A stretch of 64,000 nt of DNA from Candidatus Omnitrophota bacterium (lineage in GTDB: Bacteria > Omnitrophota > Gorgyraeia > Duberdicusellales > 4484-171), in assembly GCA_021735655.1 (NCBI GenBank), contig JAIPGM010000004.1:95874-159873 (forward strand). The letters are read 5' to 3'. Below are positions 59,374 to 64,000 of the stretch, piece after piece. Position 1 is the first letter of the stretch. The number at the start of each line of letters is the position of its first letter. The notes beneath the pieces are model-generated. The model had not been told where the DNA came from and made no database searches. It saw only the letters and a program-made list of their open reading frames with translations. The position numbers and the translations under genes are program-made.

Positions 59374-60459
59374 TTATGATTTATATTTTTTCATTTGTTT
59401 TTTTGCCGTTTTAATAAAGTGTCCAAATTTGCGATCCTTTTCTCTTTTTTCTAGCGCAGTCATAGTATTGTGCTCGTTTTCTTTTACTAGCTTGATATAG
59501 TTGTCATATTTACTTTTATCCAAGCTACCGGAAGATACAGCTTTCAGGACGGCACATTCCGGTTCATTAATGTGGCAGCAATCTGAAAATTTACACTTCT
59601 TTGATAGTTGATATATTTCAGAGAAAACACTTTTTATTCCTGTTTTTGAATCCAATATCCCAATTTCACGCATTCCGGGGTTATCAATTAAGACACCACC
59701 ATCTTCTAATATGAATAATTCTCTATGTGTAGTAATATGTTTGCCTCTATTTGAATAGGAGCTTATCTTAGCAGTTTTAATCAAATTTTTACCTAAAATG
59801 ATATTTATAATAGATGATTTCCCTACACCAGAAGAGCCTAGAAAACAGTAGGTTAATCCTTTTTTTATGCTGTTTTTTAGATCAATGATACCTTCTTTTG
59901 TGATAGTGCTCGTTGTATAAATATCAATGTTTTTGAATCGTTTTTTTATCTCAATTATTTTTGTATCTAATTCATCTTTCGATAATAAATCAACTTTATT
60001 TAGGGTTATTATTGGTTTTATGTTTTCTGATTCTGCAAGCGCAGCGTATCTTTCAAATCGATTTAAACTGTAATCTCTATCCGGCGATTGAATAATCAAG
60101 GCAACATCAATATTTGAAGCAATTAGGTGTTTGCCCGAACCATTGGCAGATTTTCTCATTAGGGCTGTTTTTCTAGGGAGTATTTCGTGGATAAGGGCTC
60201 GTTCTTTATCAAGAATTGTTATGAGAACCCAGTCTCCAACTGTTGGGTAATCCTCCCGTGTCGAAGCTGTAAAGATCATTTTGCCGGTTATTTTTGCTGA
60301 TAATTCGGATATTTCATTTTTTAAAATATACAACTCTTTATGTTCTGCGATAATTCGGGCAGGAGTGAAGCTATTGTTTTTTTTGCTTTTTCGATTATTT
60401 TCAAAAAATTCACCATAACCGATATCTTCTAAGTTAATCTTTTTAATGTTTTTTTTCAT
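59374..60459 (-). CDS. rsgA: Ribosome small-subunit-dependent GTPase A
   Basis: 361 aa. Circularly permuted GTPase (NKVD before GSSGVGKSS). C-terminal Zn-finger CKFSDCCHINEPEC. Confidence 0.85.
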   Translation of the reverse strand: MKKNIKKINLEDIGYGEFFENNRKSKKNNSFTPARIIAEHKELYILKNEISELSAKITGKMIFTASTREDYPTVGDWVLITILDKERALIHEILPRKTALMRKSANGSGKHLIASNIDVALIIQSPDRDYSLNRFERYAALAESENIKPIITLNKVDLLSKDELDTKIIEIKKRFKNIDIYTTSTITKEGIIDLKNSIKKGLTYCFLGSSGVGKSSIINIILGKNLIKTAKISSYSNRGKHITTHRELFILEDGGVLIDNPGMREIGILDSKTGIKSVFSEIYQLSKKCKFSDCCHINEPECAVLKAVSSGSLDKSKYDNYIKLVKENEHNTMTALEKREKDRKFGHFIKTAKKQMKKYKS

Positions 60460-60540
60460 GATTATTTACTTATAACATTCGAAACTGTCGGCCTGAACCC
60501 GAGCAAGGGGTAAGGTTCGCTGAATTAAGTTGCTAGATGT

Positions 60541-60810
60541 TTATTTTTTATTATTTGGTTTCTTTTTGCGAAATAAATCTATTATTCCTAATATGATCCC
60601 AACAGACCCAGCCATTTTTATAGATCCCCCAATCATCATTAGTTCTCGTGCTTGTTGAGAGCCAATCACATTCCCGATAACCCATACAATAATGGCTAAA
60701 CCGACAACAACGCCCTTGGGGGTTTTTTTAGAAATTAACCAAAAACATGCTACAGAGAGCAATATTGCGATAATTGGTGAAAATAAAAATATTGGTGATG
60801 GTGCATTCAT
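60541..60810 (-). CDS. Small membrane protein
   Basis: 89 aa, three TM segments. Confidence 0.4.
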   Translation of the reverse strand: MNAPSPIFLFSPIIAILLSVACFWLISKKTPKGVVVGLAIIVWVIGNVIGSQQARELMMIGGSIKMAGSVGIILGIIDLFRKKKPNNKK

Positions 60811-60830
60811 AATTATCGTCTACTTTTTAG

Positions 60831-61574
60831 TTAGCATTTTTTAGCTAGTGCGATGATGTCCATGCTGAAAAAGAAGGAAACTTTGCTTTTAGAAAAAGTC
60901 TTATTCAAAAATTTATTAATTTTAGCCTGGCTGCTTATCAAAGGTATTTTAATATAACCAAAAAGATTGACAATGGTATCTTTGGATAATTTTTCTGTTA
61001 TTTGTTTGTACGTAAACGGATAAAAAGGGATAAAGAGTAAAAACTTAAAAAGAAACATTTTAAAAAAGATTGATTGAATAGCATATAAATTTTTCACAGC
61101 AATAATATAATAGCCCCCCTTTTTACATACGCGCCTTAGTTCTTTAAAGGCTAGTTTTTGCTCCGAATCTTTAAAATAGTGTAAACATTGAGTGTTTATT
61201 ATGATATCAAACATTTCATCGGCAAAGGGCAGCGAAAGCGCTGTCCCTTGTACAAATTCACAGTAAGAATTAATCGGGATACAGCCGTTTTTAGTACCTT
61301 TTTTTAGGGTATTTAATGCAATTTGAGAAATATCAAAATTGACAATTGTGGAATCTGAATCATTAAAGTAAGATTTACAATTATTGTGCGCACCACATCC
61401 AATATCTAAAATATTAAGTTTATTCGGAGCCGGGAAATGCTTATTAAATAGATATAGTAAATATGGTTTTTCGACCGCGGCAAATCTATTTTGGCACCAT
61501 AGATTTTCCCAAAAGTCAGATTTTTTTGAGTCTCGGGTATTTAATTCATCCGATTTTTGTTTTTTATGAAGCAC
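60831..61574 (-). CDS. Class I SAM-dependent methyltransferase
   Basis: 247 aa. Motif I ILDIGCGAHNN. Confidence 0.6.
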   Translation of the reverse strand: MLHKKQKSDELNTRDSKKSDFWENLWCQNRFAAVEKPYLLYLFNKHFPAPNKLNILDIGCGAHNNCKSYFNDSDSTIVNFDISQIALNTLKKGTKNGCIPINSYCEFVQGTALSLPFADEMFDIIINTQCLHYFKDSEQKLAFKELRRVCKKGGYYIIAVKNLYAIQSIFFKMFLFKFLLFIPFYPFTYKQITEKLSKDTIVNLFGYIKIPLISSQAKINKFLNKTFSKSKVSFFFSMDIIALAKKC

Positions 61575-61720
61575 TTTCTACCTTTATTAGGAAAGCGGAC
61601 AAAATCTGTCAGTTACCACTTGTCTAAAGATTAAATTATTTTTATTAGTAAAGCTATTCAAAATCAATAGGCAGATAAATGTAATAATAAAATAATCTTT
61701 TTATATCTGTTCGCTTACAA

Positions 61721-61763
61721 AACAAAAATCAGCGGCCGAAAAGGGCAGCCTTACGGTCCGCTG
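61721..61763 (-). terminator. Intrinsic terminator after the TPR gene
   Basis: Minus-strand CAGCGGACCGUAAGGCUGCCCUUUUCGGCCGCUG followed by AUUUUUGUUUUG. Confidence 0.65.
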
Positions 61764-61799
61764 GATTGCTTTATTAGAAGTAATTTTTACAATAACGAA

Positions 61800-63158
61800 C
61801 TATCTTAGGCCATCTAAATTTTTTAATTCTTCGTAAGCAGCTTCGTTATTTTGTTCCCGAGATATCTTTAAACCTTTAGTTAATGTATATTCAAAATCTC
61901 TACCTTTTCCTAAATAATGATAGCACAAAGCTAAGCTAGGGTAAATATTAGCGTTATCTTTATTTATTTTGAGTGCTTTTTTAAAATTTATTATACTTTT
62001 TTCATATCGCTGCAGGCGATAATAGATAAGTCCTAATTTTGTGTATGCTTTTTCTTTTATGTTTTCGTAACCAAATTGAGGAATTTCAGCAACACCTTCT
62101 TCAAAGTATTTTATGGCAGTATCTTGATTTCCTAAATCAGAATAGATTCGGCCCATCGCAGTTTTCGTTATCCCTTTATGGTAAGGCAGTGCTTCTAGAG
62201 TTGTTCGTAGATAGAAAATAGCTTTTTCCTTTTGGTCAAACATTTCTAATAGGTAGCCAATATTTCCGTATAAAGTAGCCAAGGAACTTGCATCATCAAG
62301 AATCACTATATTTTTGAATAGATCCGACCGCTTGCTTGATATCAAGTGGAAAGTTTTTTCTTTTATGTTTCTGTAGTCAGTATTTAAGGTAAATAAATCG
62401 CTTACAAAGCTATGCAATGGATCATAAGATATATATTGATCATTTATTCGTATTAGACAAAAAATGTGAGTCATGCCAATTGATTGGTTGATCGGTTTAG
62501 AGATAGGATCGATAGCATCAGTCTCTACCATCGTAACATCTAAACCATGCGCTTTTAGGATTATTGTGGCCAGCAGGGAGTGAAATGTACAAGCATACAA
62601 ACTGTAAAAAGTTGTTTCTTGTGTTTTTGTAAAAGTTGAGCTAGGTGACAAGTTGTTAATTAAATCATTGAAAGCGTCTGGCCCAACAAGAAGTTTATAT
62701 ATTTCTACTGTGCTATCTATTGACTCAGGAGGGTTTTTTAGGATTCCGATAAATTCAAACACGCTATCAGCTTTAGCCTCTAGTTCTTTTTTAACTTTGG
62801 TGGGGGTATTTATATCTTCGAAATAAAACTTTCTATACAAAGGAGTTAATTTTTCAGCTATATACAAGGCGATATCTGGCGGATAACCCAAATTTTCAAT
62901 AACTAAGGGAAGGTTTCCGGTGCTTTTACTGGATAGGGCTTTGATGTTTTCTGAGGTTAGAGGTTTACCATTAATACTGATAATTTCATCGAAATAATAA
63001 TGTATAGGTATTCCGTTAATGTCAATTTTAATAGAATCGTTACCTTTCCCAACGATAGAAGCTTCGATGGTTTTGCCTGATTTTAGGATAATAGTTTCTG
63101 CAGACAGAGGATAGGAATGAATTAGGAGGATAAGTGATAAAAATGCTATTTTTTTCAA
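61800..63158 (-). CDS. TPR-repeat protein with a signal peptide
   Basis: 452 aa. N-terminal signal peptide. C-terminal TPR units. Confidence 0.6.
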   Translation of the reverse strand: MKKIAFLSLILLIHSYPLSAETIILKSGKTIEASIVGKGNDSIKIDINGIPIHYYFDEIISINGKPLTSENIKALSSKSTGNLPLVIENLGYPPDIALYIAEKLTPLYRKFYFEDINTPTKVKKELEAKADSVFEFIGILKNPPESIDSTVEIYKLLVGPDAFNDLINNLSPSSTFTKTQETTFYSLYACTFHSLLATIILKAHGLDVTMVETDAIDPISKPINQSIGMTHIFCLIRINDQYISYDPLHSFVSDLFTLNTDYRNIKEKTFHLISSKRSDLFKNIVILDDASSLATLYGNIGYLLEMFDQKEKAIFYLRTTLEALPYHKGITKTAMGRIYSDLGNQDTAIKYFEEGVAEIPQFGYENIKEKAYTKLGLIYYRLQRYEKSIINFKKALKINKDNANIYPSLALCYHYLGKGRDFEYTLTKGLKISREQNNEAAYEELKNLDGLR

Positions 63159-63185
63159 GATTCTTTAATATTTCTTACTTCTAAT

Positions 63186-63247
63186 ACAAAAATTAGCGAC
63201 CTGATGAGCTTCCCCGATTCTATTAAGATGGCGAATCATGCCCGCTG
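63186..63247 (-). terminator. Intrinsic terminator after the pilin-like gene
   Basis: GC-rich imperfect hairpin (agcgggcatgattcgcc ... gggaagctcatcaggtcgct) followed by AAUUUUUGU on the minus strand. Confidence 0.5.
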
Positions 63248-63300
63248 GATTGCCTTGTTAGATTATTCTATAATTATTTTTTTGAATAATCTTAATAAAG

Positions 63301-63864
63301 TTAATTTACGATAGCTATCGAATATTCTGTTGAATCTATATAGCCAGCAGGCAAAGGGACAAAATGATCTTTCTGATTAAGAGTTTCTAGAACCCCAGTA
63401 GGTAGACCTCTTAAGCCAATGAATAAAGACCCGCTTAAAGGATGGGTAAATGCTGTAGAATCAGGCCAATAATCATAATCGTAATTACCACCCCAAGGAT
63501 TGCTGCTAGGATATTTTTCTAGATAAGGTCCATCCCATCTAGCATTTACAGCATCTTTCCAATTAGTCGGATGAGTAATTACTATAGTTACGGCACTCGG
63601 TTCTACGGAAGTTCCATCGCTGATATTGTAAGGTAGTGTTTTCATGAGTCCAGGATCAACGCTTGCTGGGATATCGGGGGGGAAGAAGCCTATATCTGTG
63701 TAGTAAGCAAGAGCCGCATTGCCCATGGCCTCCATATCGCTTATCACCTTTGCTATCTTCGCCTTCTCAATAGCCTTGAAGGCATTGGGGGCTATGATTG
63801 CGGCCAAAATAGCGATGATGGCGATCACCACAATTAATTCAATTAGGGTGAATCCTTTTTCCAT
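63301..63864 (-). CDS. Prepilin-type N-terminal cleavage/methylation domain protein (type IV pilin or pseudopilin-like)
   Basis: 187 aa. MEKGFTLIELIVVIAIIAILAAIIAP class III signal peptide. Confidence 0.85.
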   Translation of the reverse strand: MEKGFTLIELIVVIAIIAILAAIIAPNAFKAIEKAKIAKVISDMEAMGNAALAYYTDIGFFPPDIPASVDPGLMKTLPYNISDGTSVEPSAVTIVITHPTNWKDAVNARWDGPYLEKYPSSNPWGGNYDYDYWPDSTAFTHPLSGSLFIGLRGLPTGVLETLNQKDHFVPLPAGYIDSTEYSIAIVN

Positions 63865-64000
63865 TTTTTTCTCCTATGTTAATTGTCCAGTATATTCTAC
63901 TCTCAAAATATCAAGCCATTTATCGCAAGCCCTACATTAGGCTGGAGATAAATGGTAAACTTTTTTATCAGATTGTAATTTAAAATTACTAAAATCTTCA

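Noticed and set aside
59310-63215. CUGAUGAG motifs (59318, 63201) suggesting hammerhead ribozymes
   Set aside because: No correctly placed GAAA, three-stem junction or cleavage-site context. The motifs lie within terminator-like hairpins on the opposite strand.

Overview
This looks like a bacterial chromosomal window. GC is moderate (around 40% by eye) and genes are tightly packed.

The left ~17 kb is a surface-glycan biosynthesis locus on the minus strand. It holds about eight glycosyltransferases (GT4 and GT2), a Wzy/O-antigen-ligase-like membrane protein, an MsbA-like ABC exporter, a sulfotransferase, a DUF192 protein, an FAD-dependent reductase, and an unusual membrane spermidine-synthase-like protein fused to an M28 peptidase domain.

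A ~17.6 kb integrative island sits at about 17038..34676. It is bounded on the right by an intact tRNA-Asp (34677..34752) that overlaps the 3' end of a large serine recombinase gene. On the left it is bounded by a ~50-bp direct repeat of the tRNA 3' half (16987..17037). Cargo includes:
- a type II m5C restriction-modification system with Vsr;
- a two-gene hypothetical module, one protein carrying a PD-(D/E)xK-like motif;
- a CoiA-like protein and a superinfection-immunity-like protein;
- RadC, a YhcG/DUF1016 nuclease and two HTH proteins;
- a prim-pol/SF3-helicase-type primase;
- two iteron-like repeat arrays.

The right half is the replication-origin neighbourhood:
- a Val/Leu/Cys tRNA cluster, then rpoZ, gmk, yicC, ndk;
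- parB-parA with four parS-like palindromes upstream;
- yidC-yidD-rpmH with no rnpA;
- DnaA boxes, then dnaA-dnaN-(DUF721-like)-gyrB-gyrA;
- tRNA-Glu, glmS, rsmI;
- a PyrR-attenuated pyrR-pyrB-pyrC-EndoQ-like operon and tRNA-Arg;
- a minus-strand gene array (SPFH protein, rsgA, methyltransferase, TPR protein, pilin-like protein), most genes followed by a related hairpin/U-tract terminator.

I saw no rRNA genes and no CRISPR array.
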